From Balanoglossus misakiensis (taxonomy: Eukaryota; Animalia; Hemichordata), in the NCBI GenBank assembly GCA_040954595.2, contig CM082593.2, forward strand, positions 6,541,579-6,605,578: a stretch of 64,000 nt of DNA, given 5' to 3'. The translations under genes were made by a program, and so were the position numbers. Shown piece by piece: positions 1-12,100 of this stretch. Below the pieces are notes generated by a model. That model worked only from the letters and a program-made list of their open reading frames with translations, searched no databases and was not told where the DNA came from. The number at the start of each line of letters is the position of its first letter. Within the stretch, counting starts at the first letter, position 1.

Positions 1-3000
1 GATTGTAGTCAGTAACTGGAAAATTAAAATTGCTAGATTAGTATTTCACGCTCGGCAGGAAATAGGCGAAGCAGTTTGCAAACTCAAGCGCGAAGACATA
101 CATTTTGTCTATTCAAATAGTTGGCTTGTTTGAGTCGAGCCTTTGAAAGTTTTTTAAAATTACAATTACCGACACAAAGTTCGCCAAGACTGTTTTAAAA
201 ATCAAACAGACTTGTTCATTGAATTTGGACACAGATGTGACAGCCATCAATTACTGTAGAATGAATGGGGGAAATATTCATTGGGTTTTAATCGTATGGG
301 CACTGAATGGCCGTTGAGAATGGGGGTAGTGGCGCAGAAAAGGGCAACGAATCTTCAGCTTGTTTAATTTTATCATGTGAATGAAACCCCGAGAGCGCGC
401 GCTGAAGAGACGTGACCCGTTTGGTATGCGCGTGGTGAGGACGGACAATTGTCCGTCAATGAAAGGAGAGAAAAAAATCAACTTCTTCGGATCGTCGACC
501 AACTTAATCGGAATTTGATTAACCGCGCATTTCGGAAATTAATCAAGTATTTCTGATAACAGAGAACTCTAAATGGACTAAAATAATGAATATGCTGGCG
601 ATTATGGATATCATTGTGAGCAAATTGCATCTAAATTTGGTTTAGTTGACAGCTGTCAATGTAGCCAATATGCCGGGTATTGTGTTCGGAAAATATGAAA
701 GGAGACGCCATTGTTTGGTCGGACAGTAATTTTCCATTTGAATCCACTTTTCCAGCTTCCGTTCTGCATTTCCCGGCATGTAACTTGATGGTTTATAGTG
801 GTGGATGAATGCTGCGCCATGGAAAAATAGAGACAAATAGAGATATTTTCTCTGTGCTGCTATCTTAACACGAGAAGTTATTTCCGCGAAATTTCCTCCA
901 AGCTAAGTTATCCTGAATATCATTTTGTATATATCTGAAGGCCATATTGAAGTGTGTAAACGTGTACACATGTGGATATATGCATGGAAACCGTCTATTG
1001 ATTAAATGATACAATGGTTTCTTCGCATGATTGTCGGCGGTTTTCCAACAAATTAACACTACACAGGTAGATGTAAAACGGTACAGTGAAACACAACGCA
1101 TGCGCATCGCAAGGAAAGCAAACGGAACGCAAATATGTACATGTACTTCGTTCTTCTTTTTATCCGTTTTCCATTCTTGATTTTTCGGAAATTTTCAACA
1201 AAGAATGTATTACATACTTGGCATTTATTCGAGGGGAGACAACCGCGTTGACAGTGTAATACGACAGATCGAAATACATTCTGCAAGTGTGGCGGTCAGA
1301 TATACGCAATGAAACCCCTCCCCCACTCCCAAATATGCCCCTCCCCTATGCCAAATGGGTTATCCCTTAACGAGTATCCAGGACGCGCTGAATGTGTTGG
1401 GTCATCTGCGCGCGTCAGGTCTACGTCGTCACCCAAAAATCGCCAAAATCAATCTCCTAGCTATCTCACGAATTCGTCAAAACCTGAATATTTAAGCCGA
1501 TTTCTCAAACTTGAATCTATTTTTTCGCGAGGAAACAGAACTTTCAATCTTCGCGGGGTGATAATTCCAAAATTCAATTCCCAAGCGCGTTATTGAAATT
1601 TGACGTAGGGGAACGCGGACACTGATCTGACAGGGAAACGTGGAAACACATTTGTATTTCGCTGCCCGCTCGATTCGGACGACATCCAAGAGACTGAACG
1701 CTCCGCTGCCTTTCGAGATGACTGCGATAGTACATCTTGGCGCCACAGCGGGTGTGAAAATAAAATCTCAGTGGCCTCTGACCTCCCACTTTCGCACCCA
1801 ACTAACACCAGGCCGTTGAATGTTCATCCGGTCTCAAGGTAGATCATTTGCATAATCGACTCAGGAAACATACCATATCTCTCCCTGTCGTGTGCCAGTG
1901 ATTTTAAAATTATTTCCAACACATAACTCGTAGTGTCGCGACACCCGTCAGAAGCTGGGCTTCCTCGTAAGTTGATGTAGTTTCTATCCTGAGAGGAATT
2001 GCCCAACAGTCACCGTATCAATATTAAACTACAGCCCCTCCACTTTAAACGCCACATATTTTTGATGTCCTCTGTAAAACGCGCGTTTGCTTCACTTCCT
2101 TGACACACAGTTCACGTTGACCTTGATAGTTACTCTATATTTACAATATGGTCGATAAAAATATTCTGTTTATAATAGCGTATTATCTGCACCTTTTTGA
2201 GGTAAAGATATATATTATAAAATAATACATTTCAGTGACCCCCTGCACCCAACGGGCTTTCAAGCCCTACAGACTATTAATACGCCTATAAAATGTAATT
2301 TAAACCGTTCTGGTTTTAATGAAAACCGTCCTATTTGTGTCATTATTTGAACAGAAATGAATTGTAAGGGCAATTATAGAAAATCGATTGTGTTTTTATT
2401 AAGTTTCTGGAATCACTACAGAGGTTATAATTTGATCGTCCCCGATCGAGGGAATTGGTTAACTGCCGAAGAGTCTGCAACGTACTGGGCATGCAGTAGG
2501 TCCCCGTGGTTTTTTGTCTTAATCTTTGTTTTCATCATTAATTCATCGAGAACATACCGCGACCGTAATATCAAAGGCCACTGCACTAAGCCCGGGGTCA
2601 CTATTAAATATACATGTATTATCAATCTAAATTTGCTTGAAACTAGAATATGAGTGTGGAGTTTAAGAAAAAATAGCAACTTTTGTGCCGTTGAACACGA
2701 TGGGTCATGTGTTATTTGTCCTGTGTCACACGAGAATGTCCTCCAATCACAAACTGCCCAGACACGCGAGATCTCGCGGGATCTCGCGGTGTTCGGGAAA
2801 AGGTCTATTAGATACACTGTGTATCCCTCCTTGTGCGTGTATAGTCACTTCAAACAGCTCAATAGCAATACAGCAATCTTACAGATAATCACAATTGAGT
2901 TTTACAAGGCTGTCACGGTACCGTAACAAAGGCACGTCTCAAAATGACGTTGCATAAATGGAACTTAAAATGTGAAATTAACCAGAAAAAGCCAATGTTT

Positions 3001-4322
3001 GCTATCTACCACGTCACAAAGGGCATAATTTCAACTTATATATTGTAGGAGTAATCTCAAGCAGTAGGAGTAAATTTTGGTGATGATTTTGCGACAAGGG
3101 AATTCTGAGACGCAGCTATACTCACCAGGCGTGTAAAGATTTCGAAAGGAATCGCTCAAAAATAAAATAAACATTCAGACCATACATTCCACGCCAAACA
3201 CGTCAAATAAGGAGAAAACTTGATATGTGAGAGATCACCACCACTAATCGCTTTGGTAATCCCCCGAGACGATTATCATTAATGAATACGTGATTAAGGA
3301 GGTACGAAACAATTATGGAGTCAGGGTGACCATCTGCGCAACCGCCGAAGACAATTAACACCGTATTTAATACCGGGTTAATTGGCTTTTCTGTTCCTTC
3401 AAATATATACATGGTTGTTATAGTCACCCGGGCGCATCTCCTGGTGCCATAGAAACGCAAAAAAGGCCGACGCTAGCAATGTGACCTTACTCTTAATAAT
3501 CACGTTTTCAATTTGTGTCGGGCAGCTAATTTCACCGGCAACGTCAAGGAACTCTCGAATTGTTCTTTACACAATTTGGCAGGTAATTATATTTTGATAA
3601 CATCTACGCCATTTTCTTTCATTTTCTACTTTAAAAGTCAAAGTAGATTAACTTCTGTATGGTGTGGAATGTTTGACCTTACCCCTCAAATCCAACATTT
3701 CAAATATTGAGAACACTTTTTAAAATTCTTTGCTCGTGATGTTTTATCCAATGGTGATATTTGAGCTGGCCCTGTTTGGCCTTCGCCTGGCGACGACCAA
3801 CAACAAAAAAAGCAATCAAACTTGCCAAGCTAGGGGCACTTGTCACTGTTCGTTATCGTTCACTGACATAGAAGCAATTTTTCACGCGAACACTCATTCA
3901 CCGTACCACGTGCTTTATATATGTGACCGGCCAAGTCAAAGTGTAGCTAGACAAACCCAATGGGAGCATTTCGTTCATATTTCACTGAACGCATATCCAA
4001 GGCAATTTTAATTTCCGAATTTCCGTGACTTACATGTCCGGCGTATTTTGTTTACCCGAGTTAATCTTACAAAGAAGCAAGAAGACCTACATTCTGTCTG
4101 AGATAATGACACTTTAATTCAATTTACCTCGTAAGAGTTCATCAATTAAATTACTGTTCAGAGTCTTCTGGAAGGCTCGGTTTACTTAAACTCATGTCTC
4201 CTCTGAAACCTCTGACGACATGTGGCATTTTAATAAAATGTCGGGTCAATCATGCGATTCAGAACATTCCTGCGGATGAAGCGGGAAAGTCGATCGCACA
4301 CGAGCGAGCCGCACTCGTTGTC

Positions 4323-4378
4323 AAAATGGCGGACAGACCGGAAGGGGTAAACCGGAAGTGACGAAATCACAACGGAAG
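4323..4378. promoter_or_regulatory. Candidate housekeeping-type promoter (YY1 plus ETS cluster)
   Basis: AAAATGGCGG 4323-4332; ACCGGAAG 4337-4344; ACCGGAAGTG 4351-4360; ACGGAAG 4372-4378; CpG-rich surroundings. Confidence 0.5.
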
Positions 4379-7178
4379 CAGAAAATCTTGCACGCAAGAG
4401 TAGTTCACGTTCACTGCTAAAGAGCTTGATTCTAATCCAGTGTGTTGGAAAACACTTAAACCCCGTCGGGAGTAAGTTCACTGAACCTACAGAGTTATTA
4501 CTAGTTGTGGAGTGCTTCTCAATGCAACCACTGGGCGGAGCGCTGTATCATACTATACATTAGGATTACTTTTAAATAGTATCCTAGCAATCCGTTAATG
4601 CCAGATTTAAAGACCGTCGATTCCCTGTCCTCCTTATTTATACACCGGTTTATTTAGACCCCGAGACCCGGATTAAAGAAGAGTAATAATGTTGACACGG
4701 AATTATGTGGATAAATCACCCGAGCTAAAGTCACCCGCCTAAGGATACGTGATCTTTATTAGCACCTCGGAAAGTGAACCGCGCTGCGGCGACAACTATC
4801 GATCACCAGGTGAACTTTGACCCCTGCTCGTCCTCAAAAGCAATGCTTCATTGTGTTTACTCCTTTGTTGAAGAGTTTTTGCCTGAGATTTTGTTGAGTG
4901 GTGTATAAATGACATTTAACGGAAACTTGGCGAAAAAACACGATTTCTCGTAGTGCATTCATCGATGTTAAATGATGAAAAGAATCCCGTTTGTGATACA
5001 GCCTGTTTTGACCACGTGATCAATTGGGATGCACGTTTACATTGCGAGGAAGAACGTGTCTAGACCGAATAATTTGTGATTATATGTTATAGTGTGTGTA
5101 ATAATACAATTAAACTACCATTTCGAGCAAAAAGGGAAAAAATATCAAATTGTAAGATGCTGGGCCTTTTCAACTTCTTGAAAAATTTTGATTAAGCTAA
5201 TCCTTCCCACGTTACAGTGCGGAAATCACGTCTTTGTGAAAAGCCTTGAAAAACGACAAAACACCTAGACAAAATGACTAAAGGATAGTACAATCACAAG
5301 ATTTCGACTGCTGGATTAGTTCCTACTAGTTCCAAAAGCAGGAAGCACGGAGAAAGGAGCGTACATGTATGTGTCAGTCTCATTGACATTCAGACTAAAT
5401 GCTAGTCGCTCAACACGTTAGTTTCATTAGAATTTGATTCCAACAGTAGAAGCGAGGAAAAAAGCCCCATCATGACAATTTTTCTCGTTAACATCCAAGG
5501 TATTCGGGAGACAGATGTGGAATTAATGCTTAGAACTCGACGGCGAGCGCATCACTGCCGCCACTGAGATTGAATGCCCGGAGAAATTGTCGCGCTCGTG
5601 TCGTGACCACAGTGTGGGTTCCAATGCATGCAGACATGCGATATACATCTTGTCGTATAGTTACAGTGGAATTGTCGCTGAAATCTTAGCGAAAATTAAC
5701 GTAGCGATTTTAGTGAAAAACAAGACAGTTAACACCCAGTTTTCTTCTTTCAAGTTTGTTTACAAAAAGACTCCTCACACTCTTTGATGCGGCAAACAAT
5801 TGGAAGGTTTGGAAGACTATCATTTTTCTAAAAAAAAAATATGTCCCCAAAAAGTGTGGTTTCATGAAAATTCTTTCCAGGAATAAAAGTACGCGAGAGG
5901 ATGCAAAGCGTGAAATTTAATTACTTAGACTTAAGACCTAACTCGCAACTGGGAAGAAAGGGGTCCTTTTAACATCTCTCTTCTGTAATTAAGTTAAAGA
6001 TGTAAGTCTGTAGTGAAGGGGTAAAGAAATACAAAAGGTTTACATATAAATACTTTTACGAAATAAGAAACAAGACGCCTATTTTATAAACCATAAGCTT
6101 TGAAGTCGACGTCACGTCATATTCTTCTAGGATCTGAGAAAGCTCTCGGTCAGTATCGGTCGACTTTGTTCGGCCATTTTCCTCATATACTGTACCAACT
6201 TCACTTAAGTGTATCGGTCTGAAGGAGGCACAACCAATCACAGACCCTGTATATGTCACTCGCTGGGATTGCTCCTTGTTTCAGAAAGAACGACGATTTT
6301 AATTTGCTCATTCAATGTAAACGGCTGCAGGCAACGGGGAACCAGTGGTACGCGTTAAACTTTACATGGCCCGGTTGGCTTAGCCCCAGAGGTGCGAATA
6401 ACCTGCAAATAGTTCAATTAAAGGTTCTGGGTCGAAAGTGATAAACGCGAATACGCTAATCGATATTTAAATATGCCGTTTTGACACTTTTTTCTATATT
6501 TACTCAAATTGATCTGTAACCGTCCTCGTATCGATCATGCGCACTTTTCAGAAAGTTGAAACGTAAACGCAGTTTAACGGATGAAGACGAACAGTCAAAT
6601 CGAGGTTATGCATATTTGCAGAGTTCTCTTGCACGTTGTCACTAATGGAGTCGAAGATGACTGCAGTGTACTTTCGATAGTCGTTATGAAAGTGTATCAC
6701 CTTACGCGACTTAATTCCACTGACTTTGAAGTCACCACTGAGGAACCTGAATTTCCTAAATGTCCATGAATAGCTGATAATAATGATGAGATTTTTAGGA
6801 TACATGTACTTAAGGCATTAGAATGACCTGGTCTTACGACATACTTTAGACTCCAGGTATTTCTATAGCATCCGGTCCGATAAAAGATCTGCATCTGATC
6901 TGGATTGAAATCGCTTTGTAATTGTCATAGACTAGTAGTTGTCATTATTTTACTTTTCTTAAAGTCATTTTATTCGTTCCCAGGAGGGTGATTACGCGGC
7001 GCAACATTCTTTCGCCAACTACACTTCTACGATAAGAAAGATGGTATGATAATCAGACGTTTCCCTCTGCCAGTAGTGGGTGTTCTGCGTCGTCAATGAA
7101 ATCGCGCCGGTTGTTCTCTAGAGCAGTTCCACGCGCATGTCTAGGTTTATTTCCTCGGGTTCGCGTCGTTTCCCTTAA

Positions 7179-7366
7179 AGGTATTCAGTCACCAGTCCAA
7201 TTTACATACACCCATATATGGCTGAAATGGCGTATTTGAGGGTTCTAAAGAACATATGGTGGCACTCTTTTTTTCGCGTGTGCCACCCACTGAAAATACG
7301 TGATTGGCTAGATCTCAAGTTTACCATGGTAACTGTAGCTAAATTTCCATAGGTGACCGTATACCT
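7179..7366. mobile_element. Non-autonomous DNA transposon (MITE) with TTAA TSD, Kolobok/T2-like, copy A
   Basis: TTAA at 7175-7178 and 7367-7370; TIRs AGGTATTCAGTCACC / GGTGACCGTATACCT (13/15); near-identical inverted copy at 7928-8112. Confidence 0.85.
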
Positions 7367-7927
7367 TTAACTTTGCACCCTGAGTGACGTGTCCGCCTTG
7401 TTTAGAAAATTCAAACTTGTATTCGCACAGGAGTAGTTCATCTCTGTGTAGTAGTATTGCGGCCCGCACTCAGTCGATAATATCAAACTTTCATCCGACT
7501 AGTGGACATTGCGTTTAGCCTTTCGTATCTCTGCCAATGTTTTAACGTGACGTGTCTGTGTTTACCTGAAGCTGCTTCGACGACGAGGCGCCTTTGAGTG
7601 TAATAATCACACACAGAATAATTTGTAGAAGAACCATACCCTTTTCGACAGGGTAAACGACCTCATGCCTAATACCATTATTTACCACGTGCTGGGGCGC
7701 CCATCATCACCACGGAGTTATACAGTTACCTCGTTATTAAGTCGGCGACGTTAATTTTAATCAATTATTCATATTAATGTGAGTTTGCATTGCAAGGCCA
7801 CGTTTTAATAACGATCAGGACAAATTAGAAAGTAATTATTCTAAGTAAACAAATAGAACAAGCCGAAGTCTGTTAGGTTTTCTGGGCGAGCCGTCAGTAA
7901 CATTTAATGTTGCCGTTTTCCCTTTAA

Positions 7928-8112
7928 AGGTATACGGTCACCTATAGAAAATTAGCTATAGTTACCATGGCGAATTGAGATCTAGCCAATCGCAGATTTT
8001 CAGTGGGTGGCACACGCGAAAAAAAGAGCGCCACCATATGTTCTTTAGAACGCTCAAATACTCCATTTCAGCCATATATGGGCGTATGTAAATTGGAGGT
8101 GACTGTATACCT
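7928..8112. mobile_element. MITE of the same family, copy B (inverted relative to A)
   Basis: TTAA at 7924-7927 and 8113-8116; TIRs AGGTATACGGTCACC / GGTGACTGTATACCT (14/15); the interior is the reverse complement of copy A with scattered substitutions. Confidence 0.85.
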
Positions 8113-9158
8113 TTAAAGGGACAAAACCCTTATATTTTTGATATTGTTAATCTACGAATAGGTGGTGATCGACTCCGAGCTCATAAAACGACGTGCAATT
8201 TGCGCAGGTAGGCGGCTAAACAAACGATCGCTGAATAATAATATGACCTACCAAGAGAACAATAAAAATGAACACGTGATGCTTGTTGACTTTAATTTAA
8301 ATTTCCTACTCAAGGTCGGAATTTTATTTGGTCGTTGCTATCATTAATGTCAATCCTTTGCTTTTATGAATCCAATTAGCTCAATTAATTTGTAATTTAA
8401 ACAAATACACGCTCCTTCATCACGTATGCAAACATCGCCGTTCTGTCAATTTGTTTTGTTTAGTCATTTTCTGGGGCGATTAAGAGATTAGAAGTGTATT
8501 AGCGGGATAAGCTATGCAAATACGTATATCCTTATACACAAGTCTTGAATCCTAACTTCATTACGTGTTCAACTTTAACCTTACAATGTGTATATTGCAT
8601 GCTGCTCCTAGCAAAATATGACAATGACTCAAAATCGCGAAAATCATGCAAAAGGGTCATATTCATGTTCGAAGAGGCCCGGGTGAATTAATATAGATAG
8701 TGCTACACTGATAAACACCCTCAAAGGCGTAATTGCCGCAACCCGTTTGAACATGCACGTTACCTGAACGGAACCTTACGCTTCGCGACTTTCTCGCTGT
8801 TTATGAAAATGGCCACGGAAAATACAAATGGCAATATTGAAGAACAAGTTATTTCCATTCAGTGTAGTGTGTCGTGGTTGTGGTGTGGAGTCGGTTTCTG
8901 AGATCAGCGAAGTCAGTTCATTCCGGGAAAGATGACGATCGAACCGAAGATTGTAACGCGCGGACGCGCCTTTGCATGATAATTATGCATGTATGTCACC
9001 GTGACGCCGACGCGGGCCACCCACTTTGAAAAGACAGTATTCACATTCACAGATGTCATTTTGTCATTTTCACGGAAGAGAATTTGGCCTTAATGCTTTT
9101 CTGACACTGCTGAACACTTCTCTTCGTGACTGGGTGCATGAAACTGAATCGTGACATC

Positions 9159-9174
9159 ATGAGTCTAAACCCTG
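9159..9174 (+). CDS. VIAAT-like putative first coding exon (MSLNP + G, phase 1)
   Basis: ATG at 9159 with A at -3 (ATCATG); strong donor CTG|GTAAGT at 9175. The terminal G joins CG (9937-9938) to give Ala, in frame with the ATG at 9939. Confidence 0.55.
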
Positions 9175-12100
9175 GTAAGTGAACTACGAGGCTTTTCAGT
9201 TTGAGACAGAGACGTGAATGTTATCTCTCCGCTCGGATAACCGTTACCATAACTGGTTGTTAATGTCGAAGTATTGATTATCTGATCTGTAGTGACAGAA
9301 TTTATTATTAATAGAGACTCTGAGTGGTTAGCTCCGCACTTTTGCGACCGGACTGCGCGATTATCTCAGGCTGACCCACCATATTCAAACGGTATATGTG
9401 GGTAATACACAACTATATTATACTTCGCCTCGTCCGTCGAAAAGGAAACGCGAATTTATTAAAATCATTCAAAATCTCGCGCCAAATACATACATGTGTG
9501 CTAGGGATGTCGACGATTGCTGCTTGAAACAAGCGACGTCCCAGGCGGACTTAAGATGCGACAGTTCTTATCGCAAACTTGTCATGTTGGTCGATGTTGC
9601 CCCGAGCGGGTGTAGTAGAAAAAAGGAACATGAAAGCACACAATCGATTACCCGTCAACTCAATGATGGAGGTGTGATATTGCTAATAGTGATAAAATGA
9701 TATGCGCAGCAAAGTCTGTATCTATAAAAGTCTAGTCATTTTTCCTATAGTAAAATCCCATAGTTTATAACAAGTGACTTTTAACTAAGTGTTATCTGAT
9801 GTTTGATGTCGAATTATCATATGACAGTTATAGTTTTCACTCTATAGTTAAGAACTATCTTTCGTTATTTCCTAATGTAAAATCTCTCTCTCTCTCCCTC
9901 TCTCTCTGTCTCTCCCTCCCTCTCCTCTCTTTCCAGCGATGAAATTGAAAGTCATGCACCGGGCGACATCGCCGACGGACAAGGCTCAAAATGGCGTCAT
10001 CAATCACCTGGAACTCTATCAAGGATCATCCTTCGATGACAACGACAAAAGAAAACTTATCAGCGTGGACGCCTACCATCCCCTGGACGGCGACACACAA
10101 ACCCCTCGTGAGTACTGCTTTACGTTCAAAATCAAGAATCGTCTTTAAGAGAGTAAATTGTTTGCTCTATAACATAATCAGTTACTATAGCATTCAAACA
10201 TGCGACTAAATTGTAGCTGAAATGATCCAAAAGGCCCGCTGTGTAATAACAATCACTGGCGGTGCAAAACCTTAGGACATTATCAACCTGTCAATTTACT
10301 TTAGGTCAGTTATTCTCTCAACGTGAGTTTTCGCACAAGAAAAAAAACATGTTTGGTCACAAGGTTACAATTATATGCCTACGCACACGAGTCCAACACC
10401 TGGATTACACTGTGAACAAACAGGTCATTTCAAAGTGCCTTGTCCCCCAAATATCAGTTTAAAAACGATTTCTAGATAAACCATTAAGGCTAATTGAACC
10501 GGCGAATTCAAGTCTACGCCGAGATGCTATCAAGGCTGCGACAGTCGGGTCAGATGTTACGCATATTGAGAACTTAGTGAAGCGTCCCCTGTGGCCACGA
10601 AGAAAATTCCCTTTTGCTAGAAATCGAAAAATATATATCAAATCCAGAAATAGGATTCATACCGCAAAAAAAAACACATGTTATAAGACAGCCTGTTTAA
10701 TCGCTTCCCCCGTGCGTGTGTCTGAACCAATTATGCGCGATAATAGCGTGAGAGTCCCACGAGAATCTCGCGGGAGACGATACCTGCGCGCTGGCTGTGG
10801 CCGCGTAACTGAATAAGTATAAGGCGTCTTCATTTACAATCTCAATCTGCTTCAATCCGGTGATTATTTTTGAGAAGCGATTATCACATCCCTGTTTTTA
10901 AGTTTCGAATTGTGATGGACAGGGACATGAATAACCGATTTTACTATTATGGAGACTAATACGCCTTTATGACTCTCGAGTATCGGAAACCAATAAACGC
11001 TCAGTTTACTCTTCCCCAACTCTTTCCCCCGATGAATTACTATCATTTACGATGGAAAATCGATAGTTACCGTAAATCGCGAACATGAAACTCGGCGTGT
11101 TGCACGAAGGTAATGTTGTGTAACTCGAGACTTCCCAAAGCCCGATTGGGGCCGCAATGCTCAGGAGTTCACGGGCCATTTCTTTAAACATCCACGAGGG
11201 AAATAAAAAAAAAGTCAATTTGTGTGATATTTGCGTCTCTCAAACTAGGCGCATCCTCAACTCACAGTGAAGGCGGGTTTAACTGGCCAATGCTGAACAA
11301 AGACCACAATTTGACAGATATGGGCAAACGCCCATTATATCGATATCGCTCATTCCCCTGGAATGGATTATAGACAGGTTGCCCCACCAAAATAGTTAAT
11401 TTTTGAGTTAGAATCAATGAATGCTGTATTACCCTTCTTTTCACGTCATTATTGACACTTAAAACATGGCTAAAGTGATATTTCAATTTGAAACTTGCCA
11501 GGTGTTTCGCAGTTGACGTCTTCTTAAAGTAGACATTATACTGCCTCAGGTCACGTTATTCGAAATAAGAAAGAGACCCGAATTTCCAGTCGTTAATGGA
11601 GGTTGAAGGTCAGGGTGAACTAGAAACAAATGTTCTGCGCCAGCGTCACTAGCTTTCTGTTGGAAAGTTTGTGATGAGAAATAAGCACTTAGACACGATT
11701 TTATGATCATACAAAGGCGCTTGTTAATTAATGCTTCTGAAGGTTTTATCGTGAAATATTTCAAAGTCGTCCCACTGGGTTCACCCTTGCATGCTTCGGG
11801 TGGGGGGGGGGGTTGGCTATGACGCCACGGTTTTAAGACAGTGTTCGCCGCCATTTTGAATTTAAAATCAGTGCGTCACCATTTTGAATTTCACAAACAC
11901 TCACTAATTTAAGTTACTGGCTATGATTTGAGAAAACCCGTGCTCCACTCCAAAACTTTGTAATGTGATCATTTATTGATTTCTTGGTTTTATAATAAAA
12001 TTGTCAACATATATTTTCCAAGATTTGCAATATAGCCTATTATATCAATGATATGGCCAGGTGGTGGCAGGCGATGCACCTGTGTGGAGTGACCGTGCAC

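Noticed and set aside
4230-4270. Minus-strand peptide NRMIDPTF resembling the transporter's NRMIDWTF
   Set aside because: Similarity does not extend either side and a stop follows at once; treated as chance, not a pseudogene.
6056-6894. Short minus-strand ORFs with protein-like composition
   Set aside because: No recognisable family and weak splice signals; could not be joined into a gene.
9315-9385. tRNA A-box-like GAGTGGTTAG
   Set aside because: No B-box or cloverleaf follows.
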